A stretch of DNA of 64,000 nt, from NCBI GenBank assembly GCA_951406725.2, contig OX597815.1:53630001-53694000 (forward strand). Direction: 5' to 3'. Every line of letters starts with the position of its first letter. Positions within the stretch are counted from its first letter, which is position 1. This stretch comes from Octopus vulgaris. Its lineage: Eukaryota. This document shows positions 14,381 through 28,060 of this stretch, piece after piece. Made by a program: the position numbers and the translations under genes. The notes beneath the pieces were generated by a model, which was given only the letters and a program-made list of their open reading frames with translations, had not been told where the DNA came from and did not search any database.

Positions 14381-16340
14381 AAGATACTAACCTTCACGAC
14401 AGAAGATAGAAGGAACATATAATAACGGCCATAGATATTCAAATAGATCAATTTCCACAAAGGACTAGAGAATATATCACTAGAATGCAATCAATCTTAA
14501 AGGAAGAATTGTTCAATATTCATATAAACTTGAATAATAGGATTACACACTGAAAATCACCTTAATGAAATAGTATTAAGGTAAGCGTATCTTTGCGTAG
14601 AAGATAAGATAAAAATAGTTTTTAAAATATACTTTGTATAACTGAGAATGCACAATGATCTGATAAGGGAAGATTTACATGTATGCAAACTCCTATTATG
14701 TTTAAGTATTGTGATACATTTAATCATAACTCTACCATTACTGCAGGTACTGTCCATTTCATCGACTTCAATATATTTTCAGTCAAATTAATATTCAAAT
14801 TTTAACACAAGGCCAGTATTTTCGGGGAAGGAGTCAGTCGATTACATCGACCCCAGTGTTCAGCTGGTGCTTATGGAGACATTTAGTCGGTCCTCACGTT
14901 CTGATTTCAAATTCTGTCGTGGACGATTTTGCCTTTCATCCTTTCGGGGTCGATAAAATAAGTACCAGTCGAACTGTGACAAAATTTAGAATCAATATTT
15001 CTATCCGTTTTGCTCATACCTATTTGTACAATGAAGTATATTCCATCTGACAAAGAGAAACTTGTTCCTTTGGTTAGCATTACGGTGGTGGAGTTAAACG
15101 AGCTGTGACGAAACTTTAAAAAATTCTTAATATCATACTGTGTTTCCAAATACTTGAATTTTAATACGCGAGTTTTCATTTCACAGCTAAATTATATATT
15201 CTTAACATAAAGTGCACAGCTTAGATTTTATAACAAAGAAGGGAATAAGGTTGTGACTTTCAGGAATTTAATGATATAAATTTATGTAATTAACTATAAT
15301 CAATAATTCTTTCGGCAAAAGAATTCAGATATGGAATATCGACGATAAATGCTTTATCTGAAGTCATCGTCCCTCCAAAAATACATCCAAAACTTATAGT
15401 GCCAAGTCCGTTCTAGTGGTTCCCGCATAGCTGCACTGCAGATGTTCGGACAAGAAATATCACCTCTAAAGCTTTAACAAAACTTCTCGTTTGGTTGCAG
15501 ACTTAATTTATTGCCCCGTTTAACATTACCTTTAGCGAAGACCACAATGTTGCAAGCATTCAGTGCAGGATCCTGGCTTGAGGATACCGTGCTCCCTCCT
15601 ACAAGTCACGAAGGGAGACTTAAGATACAGTCAACTCGTCCACTTAATATTTAATCAATTCGGTCTGACGCTCTATTATTTCTGCCTCACTACTACACAT
15701 TTTTTCAACTATATCATCACCTAATAGATTGCAATAACCACAAATCAAAGTGAACAACACTAGAAAAATTTACTGTTGCCAATATATTTCCCACTCAGAG
15801 TTAGAGCAGTGTCTTATCAAGTTACTAACAAACCACTTATCATTCAATTACTGAGTTATAACAATTTAATTGAATCACTCATCAACCTTATCCATTTAAA
15901 GTAAAGGTCGCTAGATGCAATATTCTGTTTACATCAGATAGTCTCTTTTTTATTTCCTTCTCTTTATTTTGTTGTAATATTTCCTTTTCCGTATATTTTC
16001 TAGTGGGAATATCGTTATATTTTATCTCACTGTACCCCTCTCCATTCAATGTATGCATCCTTTTATCCTTTCTTTTTTTTTATTTGTGTGTGTGTTTGTG
16101 TGTGTATGTGTATGTGTGTGTGTACAGAGATGGAGAAAGAAGGAGAGTAAGAGAAGTAAAGAAAAATATAGAAAACGGAGGAGGAGGAAGAGGAGGAGGA
16201 GGCGGATGAGGAGGCGATAACATGAAATATCAATCCTATCATCCGTTTAATCAAACATGTCCTATGTTAATTCGTTCGATATAACATTGTTCTGAATTTG
16301 AATCCGCAAAGTTGATTTAGCTTTTTATTTATTTATTTGC

Positions 16341-16371
<31 letters not shown>

Positions 16372-16476
16372 AGTTTAGTCCTAATCCAGTATCATAACTA
16401 TAAATGATCAATTACTTCCAACCATCGTGCTGTAAGTGTAACGAATCAGACCTAAACGTTGGGTATTTGCTTAAAC

Positions 16477-16523
16477 CAGTAGTTCCCAGCCTGGGGCCCG
16501 TGAACTAAATTCAAAATTTCATA

Positions 16524-16592
<69 letters not shown>

Positions 16593-16655
16593 GATAAGCA
16601 TATTAAAAGGGATCCATGGGAAAACTCATTCAAATAAAAGATTTGGGAACCACTG
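16477..16655. mobile_element. hAT-type MITE
   Basis: TIRs CAGTAGTTCCCA / TGGGAACCACTG; 8-bp TSD gcttaaac / gctttaat (6 of 8 match); internal (CT)n(AT)n. Confidence 0.8.
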
Positions 16656-18339
16656 GCTTTAATGAACAACAGTAACCGCAACAACAACAATGGGATTGGT
16701 GGATGTAGGGAGCAAGTGAGTATTTACTGGTAGTTTTGTTAGAGATTGGAAATGTAGTTGTAGTGGTAACATTTAGGTTTTTGATGAGAGAATTCATCTT
16801 CGTTTTGCGATTTACCTCACCCGTGGATATATGAAAGGCCAGAGCAATGTAATCACACACACACAAAGCATCCATCAGTTCTATAGAGAGGCCTAGAATG
16901 ATAACATATGTCGCTCTGTAGTGCTTTCCTTATTTCTATTAGTTAAAATGGATCATTGCAGGTTAACTGTTTCAGACATAGACATACTACAGAATTTATA
17001 ATAGGATTCGAAACAGTGACCTCTTACACAGCTTTCCGGTGCTTATATGTGTTCTCGAAGATATAGATAATATGAAGACAGTTACTTAAGGAAATGAAGC
17101 ATAAATATCAGTGAACTGAATGATGGATTGGGTTCACTGCCGTCCCGCTACGACAGTTTAACTAAAATATTAAAAAATAAAATTGAATAGAAAAAAAAAA
17201 AAGGTCAGTTTTTAGAAAGTATAATAGGTCTATACTGATAATAGGATACTGTGTCATTTGTGCATGTCTCGAAAGATTTAACGGGGTTTGTTTTAACTAG
17301 AAAATAAAACCTGTTGTAGGTCTCAGTTTGCAGTTGGTTTAAGTAAATATCGATTTTTATATTTTGGGATAGGATGATAAAGTTGATTGAGTAAGTACGT
17401 CACAGGAAATTTTCCCAACTCTTAACTCGTTTTACTCTTTGCATCTGCTATAATCTACTTTGATGGCTTATACAGTTGATTCAACCAAACTGATTTATTA
17501 CTGGTACTGTTCATCCTGGACAGAAGAATGAGAGAAAAAGCCAACCAATATGGGATTTGAACTCATGATGTTTAGTAACAGCTAAACAACGAGCGTCACT
17601 AAATATATTGCCCAGCGTTGTACCTACTCAGCAATACTTCGATTTTTATTTATTTATTTTTTTGGCAAAGGCACAAAGAACTTAAACTTTGGCAAAGATG
17701 CGTGTTTGGACGCAGTTTTCTGTTATATACTTCAAATCTTTAGGTGTGTGTGCACGTGTGTGTGCACGTGTGTGTATATGTATGTGTGTGCCTGTGCGAG
17801 TTTTATAATTTTCTGTCATCTCCCATCAATCATTGCAACAATGTTCTATCATTGCCTCATTGCTGTGCATCGTATGAAACTGAGTGAGAACAGAAAAAAG
17901 GAAATTCATTGAAACCTGATACTTATTTCTGTAATACATGAATGCTATTTATTACCGCATGAATTGTTACTATGTTTATCTCAAGTCCAATGAACTGTGC
18001 CGTGCAAACTCTTTACCTGATATCTCGGGATCAAACCATTCTATATCTTATTGCAATGTATTTGTTGTTTCTTCTTCTCAGCTGTTATTGAGACCTTGTA
18101 CTTTTTTCGTTTATATATATTTATTGTTATTATAGTACTTGCTGTTTTTAGCCTGTGAAAATGTATACTATACATACACGGACCCACACGTTAACACACG
18201 CACACATTGAAATAAATGAACGAAAAAATAGCACAATCACTTCCCAAACAGCACATACATATATCCAGATACATATAGACATACCAATCTGCATATCCCA
18301 TGCTACACACACCACCGAAAACACGACATCACAATACAC

Positions 18340-18374
<35 letters not shown>

Positions 18375-19142
18375 AATACACACGCACACATGTATGTATA
18401 TAAATCAATATCCAGAAAACAAGACTGAACCCCACAAAGAATGAGCATACTACTACTACTACTACTACTGCTACTACTGCAACTGCTGCTGCTACTACTA
18501 CTAGCATCATTCTCACTACCCTAAACCACCACTACTACTACTGCTACTGCTGCTGCTGCTGCTGCTGCTGCTTCTGCTGTCTCTATTTCCTAGATGCATG
18601 TGATTCATATAAAAAAAGAGACTTGATGACACATATAAGATCAGATTTGGCTCCTGCTTTTGTTCTCTCTGGGAATGGTTAGAGATAAAAGAAAGTGCAA
18701 AAATGCTACCCACGTTCCCAGCAGAATTTGAAGTTTGGCTCTTATGTGTGCATATATGCAGTGGGGTGTGTCTTTGAATATGCGTGTGCATCTTACTGGA
18801 ACTATACGTGCGTCTAGGAGACAGACCAAAGAAACTAGATGGGATTTGAATAAATAAAAATTTATTCACACGCACATACAAATGCACATATAGATATATT
18901 TCGCCTTTTTTCTTGTTTCATTCATTTCAGTCATGCGGGGCATTGCTTTGAAGAGTTTTAGTCGGACAAATCGATCCCAATATTTATATTATTAGTATTT
19001 ATATTACATTGGTATTTATTTAATCGATCTTTATAGTGGAACCACTGATTTAGAAGGGCACAAACAAACCAACAACAGCTGTCAAGCAGAGGAAAGGGAA
19101 CGGACACGGGGATAGTCATACATATATACTCATATATATGCA

Positions 19143-19180
<38 letters not shown>

Positions 19181-19204
19181 CCTCTCTTTATTCACACACA
19201 CACG

Positions 19205-19532
19205 CTGAGATCTCCTTTGGTCATGACTGACCATGGGATTGCACCTAGAAATTTACTCTCCCAGGCACAAGTCCGGGCAAGCTTGTTTATGGAAGACCAG
19301 CAGTCACCCATGCATACCGACCTCCCCTCTCCACGCCACCAGTGTTATCCAAGGGAAAAGCAACAGCAGATACAGCTTGGCACCTGTGACGTCGCAACTC
19401 ATTTCTACAGCTGTGTGAACTGGAGCAAGTGTCTTGCTCAAGAACACAACACACAGCCCGGTCTGGGATTCAACTCTCATAACCTCACGATCGTAAGCTC
19501 GACGCTCTAACCACTGAGCCATGCGTCTTCAC
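19205..19532 (-). mobile_element. tRNA-derived SINE, family D
   Basis: Minus-strand head TGGCTCAGTGGTTAGAGCG...GAGTTGAATCCC followed by TGTGTTCTTGAGCAAGACAC core. Confidence 0.85.
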
Positions 19533-19607
19533 TGCATATAGATATTCGTATAGATATAGATATATTATATAGATTTAGATATAAATATAGAAATAAATAT
19601 AGATATA

Positions 19608-20522
19608 CGAGGTAGTATCACAAAGCTCTTGGACTAGTTCTGTAGCGCACCAACTGATGGCAGCTCACGGTTGTGTGCGCAGTGCGAGTTAGCAGTGACC
19701 TTCATGAGGCAGTGTGCCGAGCGTCATCGCTTTGTTTACTTCGCAAGTTGCGAAATTTGTGTTTTAGTGATCACGTGTATGCTGTAGTCTGTGCGATATT
19801 TGTCATTTACGGGAAGTTGAAACGAAGGGCCAACTTGAAATTTTGCGTTAAACTTGGGAAGTCTGCTACAGAGATATTGAGTATGCTTTGGCAAGCTACG
19901 GCGACGAGGCAATGGGTTGTACGCGGTGTTTCGAGTGGCACGGGCGCATCAGAAGCAGAAGAGCGTCCCTGGAAGACGATGAGTGATCTGGAAGACCTGC
20001 CACGAGCGTCACCCACGGAAATGTGGTACAAAAAAACACTAACTTGTGTATGATGGTCAACGGAGGACAATCAATGACATTGCTGATGTTGTTGGTCTGT
20101 CGCATGGGTACCTGCAGGCAATCCTAGTGTCCGCAAAGAATTGGATTTTTCACGACGACAACGCACCCAGTTACCGAGCTCTCTTCCCTCGTGAGTTTTT
20201 TGTCTAAAGCAACATATTATCGCTTCTGCACTCGCCCTATTCGCCAGATTTAGCACCTGTGGACTTCCATCTGTTCCCCAAGATGAAAATGCAGCTCAAA
20301 GGTCGCCGTTTTATCACCGTTGCTGAGATCAAGACCGAATCGCCGTAGGAAAACGCTTACGGAAAACGATTTTCAGGCCAGATTTCAAAAGTGACAGGAA
20401 CGTTAGGAACACCGTACTGCTGCGCAAGGTGACTATTTCGAAGGAAATAATATTAAAACTTAGGCAAATAAGTTATATTTCATTAACCATAACTAGTCCG
20501 GGAGCTTTTTGATACCACGTCG
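19608..20522 (+). mobile_element. Internally deleted mariner (DD34D) transposon
   Basis: About 32-bp imperfect TIRs and TA TSD; fragments RANLKFCVKLGKSATE, LEDDE*SGRP, FHDDNAP and HSPYSPDLAPVDFHLFPKMK. Confidence 0.93.
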
Positions 20523-21816
20523 TATATTTACATATATATACAACGAACTTTCACAAAGTTTCCGACAACCAAATTCATTCACAAAGCATTGGTCAGTTCA
20601 GAACAATAGTGAAAGTCAATTTACGAAAATGCCTAAGTTGCTGCGCAGAGGGACTGAAGCTGAATGTACGCTGTTGTTGTTGTTGTTGTGTGTATGTGTG
20701 TGTATCTATGTGTGCGTCTTTACATATCTGTAGTCTCCCATTCCCGCTTCACAACAAGTGTTAGTTTGTTTACGTCCGTCTACCCTAGCGGTTCGGCACG
20801 ACTGACTGATATAATAAGTATCAGTTTTAAAAACAATCAGTACTGGAGTTCGATTTGTTAGACTAAACCCTTCAAGGCGGTGCCCCACTATGGCCGCAAA
20901 AATACTACTAAAATACTAAATTACTGTATGATTTCATGTTATATAGCTAGCTACTGATTGGAAATCACGGTCACAAAAACTATATTTCTAACTCTTAATC
21001 GTAACTAGCGCATGTATGATGCCTACCTTTTTTAAGCACGTTCTAATTGTTTGTGCATGCTGTCTTTTGGCTGGCTCAAATCAAGCAATAACTTCCTTCA
21101 CCAGAGACTATCATCCATTTCTATCAATTGCTTTCTGTTTCCAGAGTTGAACATCTTTAAACATTATTCGCGCACGCATGATAATTGCCTCATCTTGTCA
21201 GATTATAGCTGTCTCTAATTCAGCCTGATTTCATGGGTATAGACATGACTTTACACATCTTCGCGCATCCATCGCCATCGGGCTTTATAAAATATGAAAC
21301 GGATCAATTAAGAAATGAAACGACACTGAGACATATGTACGTCATTGGATTTAAGTGACAAAAGCTCGTATAATACCTTTGTCACCTTCTCGGTCGTCAT
21401 AGATGGTTCCAGTGACAAGTATTGCAAGATGACTGGTATTTTGATTCCAAGTTATATGTCAGAGTATCTTTTCCTGTACGGTTCTGTCAAAGATAACGGG
21501 AGCCTTCATAATCTATTCAACCCATAGATGGGACCTTCACAGTACTAGCTTTCGGGGTCAGGACGGACTTGAAGAAATTAGAGAAAAACTGGGAGAAAAA
21601 CTCCTAAACTCCCGAACTGGGGCCTCTCCAACGGATGCAGTTCAATGTCACACCCAGGACATGCACACATGCATGCATGCATACATACATATATGCAAAC
21701 AAATCTACATACATACATACATAAAAAAAGCTTACTCAAATAAAAATTTACTTAATTTTATAAGTATATATATATATATTAATCTATTAGTCCCTCTTTG
21801 GGTTAAAATTGTTATT

Positions 21817-21847
<31 letters not shown>

Positions 21848-22105
21848 GCACATACACACACAGGCACACAACAGAGACTACATGCACACGTATATAAGTA
21901 CAAAACAGATAAATTCAAATCGAAAACTAAAATCTATGTTCCTTTAATCTCCTTTTATATGTAAATTGTTATATTTACATCCTTAAATGCATATTTATAT
22001 TCAATTACATTGCTATACGGATAAGTTCACAATATATATTTATCAAATCGCAAGAGGGCTTGTATCACTGACATATCTATATATACCTACGTGCACATTT
22101 CTGTT

Positions 22106-22142
<37 letters not shown>

Positions 22143-22726
22143 TTATGCATTTACACACACACACACACACAGCAGAAGGATGTTAATTGATGCATAAAAG
22201 AAATAAGACAGATATGATACATGAATAAACAATTTAAATATGGTTCTGAAGTTAAACACACACACACATACACATACCTACATCACAAGTGTATCCATAA
22301 ATACACAAACACACATATATGTATACACTCATATGTATGTTTATATACACACACACACACACAAACACATAAAGAGATATAAACAGAAATACTCTAGAGA
22401 TTAATTTGCATATTTGCGGTTTTATGAGAACGAGAAATGAAAAGCCTATGTCAGACACGATACGATGTCTCTACCCCTTCCTGTCTTTCTCGTTTCTCCT
22501 TTCTCTCTCTTAATGATACGCAAGTACACACACATAGACACACACATAGATACACACACACACAGATATGCGTAAATATTACGTTCTTTCATTTTCCGTT
22601 TTGCCGTCTATCAAATCCACTCACAAGGGTTTTATCGACCCTAGACTGTAGAAGTCACTTGCCGAAGGTGCCAAGCAATGGGATTGAACCTGGTACCATG
22701 TGTTTGGAAAGTAAGCCTATATATTT

Positions 22727-22788
<62 letters not shown>

Positions 22789-22791
22789 CTA

Positions 22792-22830
<39 letters not shown>

Positions 22831-22831
<1 letters not shown>

Positions 22832-22998
22832 ATTGAAATTTATAGAAAAGCAAGACAAAGACATGTGTATGAACAACAAGCAGGTGTTTTAGTTTGGTGC
22901 TCAGGAAAATATATTTTACGTTTCAAGCCTACGCTCTTCAACAGAGGAATAAAAGAAAATAAACAGAGAGAGAATGAAAAAAAAACTTGTAGATTTAA
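22831..22998 (-). mobile_element. Short TA-embedded element with minimal hammerhead-like motif (related to 26505-26692)
   Basis: Minus strand 22914-22947: CUGUUGAA-GAGC-GUAG-GCUU-GAAA-CGUA/AAA; shares GCTCAGGAA...TTTTACGTTTC with the 26505 copy. Confidence 0.6.
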
Positions 22999-23052
22999 TA
23001 TACACACACACAACACACACGCACACACATATATATATATACATATATATAT

Positions 23053-23355
23053 ATCACGTGATCACGTGACCGACCAGACCATCAGATGATTTACACATCG
23101 CTGGTCACAATGCGTTCGCATTGTTTTAGCCTTCAAATGACGCCACCCCGCTGGCTAAGCGAGCAGGCCAACAGAAGAAAGAGTGGGAAAAAGAGTGGTG
23201 AAAGAGTACAGCAGGGATCACCACTCTCTGCCGGAGCATCGTGGAGCTTTTAGGTGTTTTCGCTCAATAAACACTCACAACGCCCGGTCTAGGAATCGAA
23301 ACCGCGATCCTACGACCGCGAGTCCGCTACCCTAACCACTAGGCCATAGCGCCTC

Positions 23356-23357
<2 letters not shown>
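23053..23357 (-). mobile_element. tRNA-Arg-derived SINE, family C (OR-like)
   Basis: Head with anticodon arm GGAC-TCG-CGGTC and B box GGTTTCGATTCC; GTCACGTGATCACGTGAT tail; second copy at 26201. Confidence 0.88.
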
Positions 23358-23445
<88 letters not shown>

Positions 23446-24873
23446 TATATTATACATACACGCATATATTTGTCCTATATACATGTAGATGTATACATAC
23501 ATGCGTCTAAGTTTGTAAATCTACATACATTTATCAGATCATACATATAATTTCGTTACGTGTAATAGATGTCATGATTAAATTCAGGTGTTTTCTTTCT
23601 ATTTGTCTTTCGTTCCCTTTCTCTTTCTTGCTCTCTGTTTTCCTTCCTCTTGCTCTCTATTTCTCACTCTCGCTGAATAAATATCTACAACGTTAGTTTC
23701 GCCTAGCCATTGCCAACTCATCAGGAACATCTGTTTCGTACAATCAACAGAAAAGTAATGTAACTTGTTCAATGTAGCATAGATGCTGAGCTTATTCCGT
23801 TGTTTAACTGTGCGTTTGATTCCACTACGGAATTATAAACTAAAATGCTGAAACAGCGTTTTTGTGGATAGATTTTTAAAATGTCGGTGTGATATGGAAA
23901 GAGGGAGAGAATGTGCGATAGAGTTTATAAACTTGAGTAAAAGAGGGAAATGAGAGAGTGAGTTATGTTTTTAAACACATAGCCTGTGTGCCCGGAACGG
24001 TTAAGAAATGTTGATTAAACACGCGTATCTAAACATGTGCATCAAAGTGTACTGTGTACAATGTGTCCTTATGTTGTGTCCTTATGCTGCATCAGATAGT
24101 TCGAGAGTTCCAGAGTTTTGAAGAGAGTGGCACCACATATTAATCCCTGTCGTTCCCAGATCTACTCTGATCTGGAAAAGTAGCACCTATCAGGATGCCA
24201 GTTATATGTTAATTAGCATATACAGGCTTACCTGTCTATGCATACGATAATTTAATCCGGCGGCCCCAGAAGAAGAAAACATTATGCCCCAAAATAGGAC
24301 ATCTTGATCATCCACTGCATCTTTGTCCATCCCTAATCGTTTTCACCTCGTCTTGCTTTGGACTGAAGGTGGTCATAAATGAGAGAGTTGGGTTTGAGGG
24401 TGCAGAGACCTCCTTCAATATAAACAAAATCACCAATCATCCTTAAGTATATCTAGATAGTGCTTGGCTCCCCGACGAACGATAATGAGGTGATTTACAG
24501 ATTTAAACTTTGTTAGCAGCATTTATTTGATGCGCGACACTAACATTTGTACAGAGAAGCAAAAGAACAAAAACTGTGCATGTTACTCATGTATTTTCTG
24601 ATAATGTTCTGTCAGGTAGAATCACTCTCAGTAAAACAGCAGAAGTAAATAATCCTGATGAGTCGGAAATAACTAGATGAACTATTTGAGTTGTATTCAG
24701 TTCCGGTTTAAACATGGGATTTATTTGCAGAGGTATGCTAAATATATTTACTAACCTATCCACTAAGCGTGCATTAATACATACATACATACATACATAC
24801 ATACAAAATACGAATATATATATATATATATATATAAATGAAAGAATGGAGTCGAACGACGATTTAACAAAAT

Positions 24874-24970
24874 TCCTTTATTCTCGACATATGTTTCGAA
24901 GACTGCATATTCTTAATTCCGAAGGAATAAAGGGTGCATTATGCCGCCTTCTCATCAGGAAAGACAAGGA
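24874..24970 (-). ncRNA. Type I hammerhead ribozyme
   Basis: UCCUU-GUC-UUUC-CUGAUGA-[GAAGGCGGCAUA...UAUGCAGUCUUC]-GAAA-CAUAU-GUC/GAGA-AUA-AAGGA; canonical core and GUC site. Confidence 0.92.
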
Positions 24971-25538
24971 ACTTATGTCAGCATCATGACGAACAAAAAC
25001 TGTTAGATGACTGCCCACACGGAGTCCATAGTGATAATGAGTGTTTCTTTAAAATATTCCGTTATAAGCAGTGACGTCAAAATCGGTTGAATGGAGAAGA
25101 TTCTAAAAAGTTCAAGAGTTCAAAAAAGGTTGGAAGGGGAGAGTTCTAAGAATAGAAAGGTGACAGGGTGCAAGTGGTATGTATGGTGATGCGTTGTTGT
25201 TTGCTTTTGCTAATGAGATTGAGCGCCTATGTGTGTGTATGTATATAACTGCATTCGTGTCTATGTGTGTGCGTGATTGTGTGTGTGAGGGGATAAATAC
25301 CAAATACCTCTAGTGGTGAAGTGACAGGTTTGTGTCTGTGTGTTTGATTGTGCTTATGATAGAGAGAAGGAGAGAGAGAGAGGAGGGAGAGGTAGAGAGA
25401 CAAAGGTAAAACATACCCCAACGTATTTAATAATTTGGTTCCACTTCTACAACACCACCATAGACAAATTTTTTATACTCTGTTACTTGAAGGACTACTA
25501 CCAAATTCGTTTTTGTTCGTCATGATGCTGGCATAAGT

Positions 25539-25635
25539 TCTTTGTCTTTCCTGATGAGAAGGCGGCATAATGCACCCTTTATTCCTTCGGAATTAAGAAT
25601 ATGCAGTCTTCGAAACATATGTCGAGGATAAAGGA
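25539..25635 (+). ncRNA. Type I hammerhead ribozyme (inverted twin of 24874-24970)
   Basis: CUGAUGA at 25551-25557, GAAA at 25612-25615, GUC at 25621-25623; same stems. Confidence 0.92.
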
Positions 25636-25840
25636 ATTTTGTTAAATCGTCGTTCGACTCCATTCTTTTATAAAAAACACACAAATTTCCACACGAAAGC
25701 ACGTGATCTCTGCCCTTGGCATGTAGCTTCAACCGTGTTTTCTGACGTGAATTTGCTACCCGGGTATCGGTTAACCGAATTATCCATACTAGGATAATTC
25801 ATTCAACTACTTATATATATATATATATATATATATATTA

Positions 25841-26103
25841 CTCTTTTACACTTTTACTTGTTTCAGTCATTTGACTGTGGCCATGATGGAGCACCGCCTT
25901 TAGTCAAGCAAGTCGACCCCAGGACTTATTCTTTGTAAGCCTATCGGTTTCTTTTTGCCGAACCGCTAAGTTACGGGGACATAAACACACCAGCATCAGT
26001 TAAGCGTCTACCAAATCCACTCACAAGGTGCAGCGCAGTGGGATTGAACTTGGAACCATGTGGTTGGTAAGCAAGCTACTTATCACACAGCCACTCCTGC
26101 ACC
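25841..26103 (-). mobile_element. SINE family A, internally deleted
   Basis: Head and tail match the 45046 copy with two internal deletions. Confidence 0.85.
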
Positions 26104-26135
26104 TATATATATATATAATGTACATGTATATATGT

Positions 26136-26176
<41 letters not shown>

Positions 26177-26200
26177 TATATATTATATATATATATATGT

Positions 26201-26485
26201 GCAGGTGCAATGGCCCAGTAGTTAGGGCAGCGGACTCGCGGTCGTAGGATCGCGATTTCGATTCCCAGACCGGGCGTTGTGAGTGTTTGTTGAGCGAAAA
26301 CACCTAAAGCTACACGAGGCTCCGGCAGGAGATGGTGGCAATCCCTGCTGTACTCTTTCGCCACAACTTTCTCTCACTCTTTCTTCTGTTGGCCAGCGGG
26401 GTGGCGTCATTTGAAGGCTAAAACAATGCGAAGCGCATTGTGACCAGCGATGTGTAGCAACATCTGATAGTCTGGGCGGTCACGA
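26201..26485 (+). mobile_element. tRNA-Arg-derived SINE, family C
   Basis: Highly similar to the reverse complement of 23053-23357. Confidence 0.88.
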
Positions 26486-26504
26486 TGATGATGATATATA
26501 TATA

Positions 26505-26689
26505 GGGAAAGTTTACGAAAAAAAAACAAAAGACGAAGACAGGTGGTGTACAAAACAAACAGATGTATTAGTATAACACTCAGGAATAGAAAAAAGTCTT
26601 TTACGTTTCGAGACTACGATCTTCTACAGAAAGGGACACAAAAAAAACAAGGAGAGAAATGTGTGTAGTGGCCAACAATCTATCATGGC

Positions 26690-26692
<3 letters not shown>
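26505..26692 (-). mobile_element. Short TA-embedded element with minimal hammerhead-like motif
   Basis: Minus strand 26598-26633: CUUU-CUGUAGAA-GAUCGUAGUCUC-GAAA-CGUA/AAAG; (TA)n on both sides. Confidence 0.6.
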
Positions 26693-26742
<50 letters not shown>

Positions 26743-26981
26743 TAATACAAATATATGTATAATTACATATATACATATATATGTACATACACATATATAT
26801 ATGTACACATATATTATATGCATACACATACATGTATATATATATGTATGTATACATATGTGTGTGTGTAAATATATATGTGAGGGCATCTGTGTGTATG
26901 ATGTCTGTGTGTCTATGTATGTATACATATATAAATATATGTATATGTTCTTATTTATATTGACATATGCATATATGTATC

Positions 26982-27025
<44 letters not shown>

Positions 27026-27394
27026 CTTACTTATACGTACATGGTTACATATATGCATGTTGTGGATATGTTAGATTCAATTTTAATCGATATTTTTCAA
27101 TATATATGTCTTTTTTGAAACTTAATTCTATCAAAATTTTACAAACCTAACCTAATGATTTATACGAGATTCCTAAGGACGCATCATAGTTTTGACTCAG
27201 TATTTAGAGATTTTGATATCTCTTGTTATTATTTCTAGACTATCATATCATATCAAAATTTTTATAATTATATTTTAGCTATAACTCATAAAATAGAAGT
27301 GTTTCGATACGTGTTTTTTCTTTGTGTTTAGAAAGTTATTTTATGCAATTATTCTTGAATTTGTAAGTTGCCTGATTTTTACCCCTATAAATCT

Positions 27395-27395
<1 letters not shown>

Positions 27396-27431
<36 letters not shown>

Positions 27432-27440
27432 TTATATATA

Positions 27441-27507
<67 letters not shown>

Positions 27508-27510
27508 ACA

Positions 27511-27545
<35 letters not shown>

Positions 27546-27547
27546 CT

Positions 27548-27591
<44 letters not shown>

Positions 27592-28060
27592 ATATGTATG
27601 TGTATATGTATGTGTATATATGTATATATGGATGTATGTGTATATATGTATATATATATGTGTATGTATATATATATATATACGTATATATATATATATA
27701 TGTATATATATACGTATATATGTATGCATATATGTGTGTAACTCTATGGATGCATAAATATGTACGTATATATATGCATGTATGTATCTATAAATATATA
27801 TATATATGTATATATATATGTATATATATATGTATATATATATGTATATATATATGTATATATGTATGTATATATATGTATATATATATATGTATATATA
27901 TGTATATATATGTATATATATATGTATATGTATTTGTATGTATATATGTATGTATATATATGTATGTACATATATATATACATATGTACATATTTATACG
28001 TATGTATATATATATGTATGTTTATATATATATGTGTGTATATATATTTATACACATGTA
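27396..28060. repeat. Compound microsatellite (TATC)n(TACA)n(TA/TG)n
   Basis: Directly visible; continues at 28290-28755. Confidence 0.95.

Larger units (their letters stand above)
24841..25812. mobile_element. Non-coding PLE-derived element with 160-bp inverted repeats, each carrying a hammerhead
   Basis: 24841-25000 and 25509-25668 are inverted copies with 3 mismatches; right arm extends to 25812; (TA)n flanks. Confidence 0.85.

Noticed and set aside
16662-16721. + strand MNNSNRNNNNGIGGCREQ followed by GTGAGT
   Set aside because: ATG overlaps the MITE target duplication, the peptide is low complexity, and no downstream exon was found.
24648-24696. CTGATGAGTC...GATGAAC hammerhead-like string
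   Set aside because: GAAC instead of GAAA and weak stems I and III.
26201-26275. tRNA-Arg-like sequence as a tRNA gene (also 23285-23357 and 19460-19532)
   Set aside because: No proper acceptor stem; continues into a repeated SINE body.
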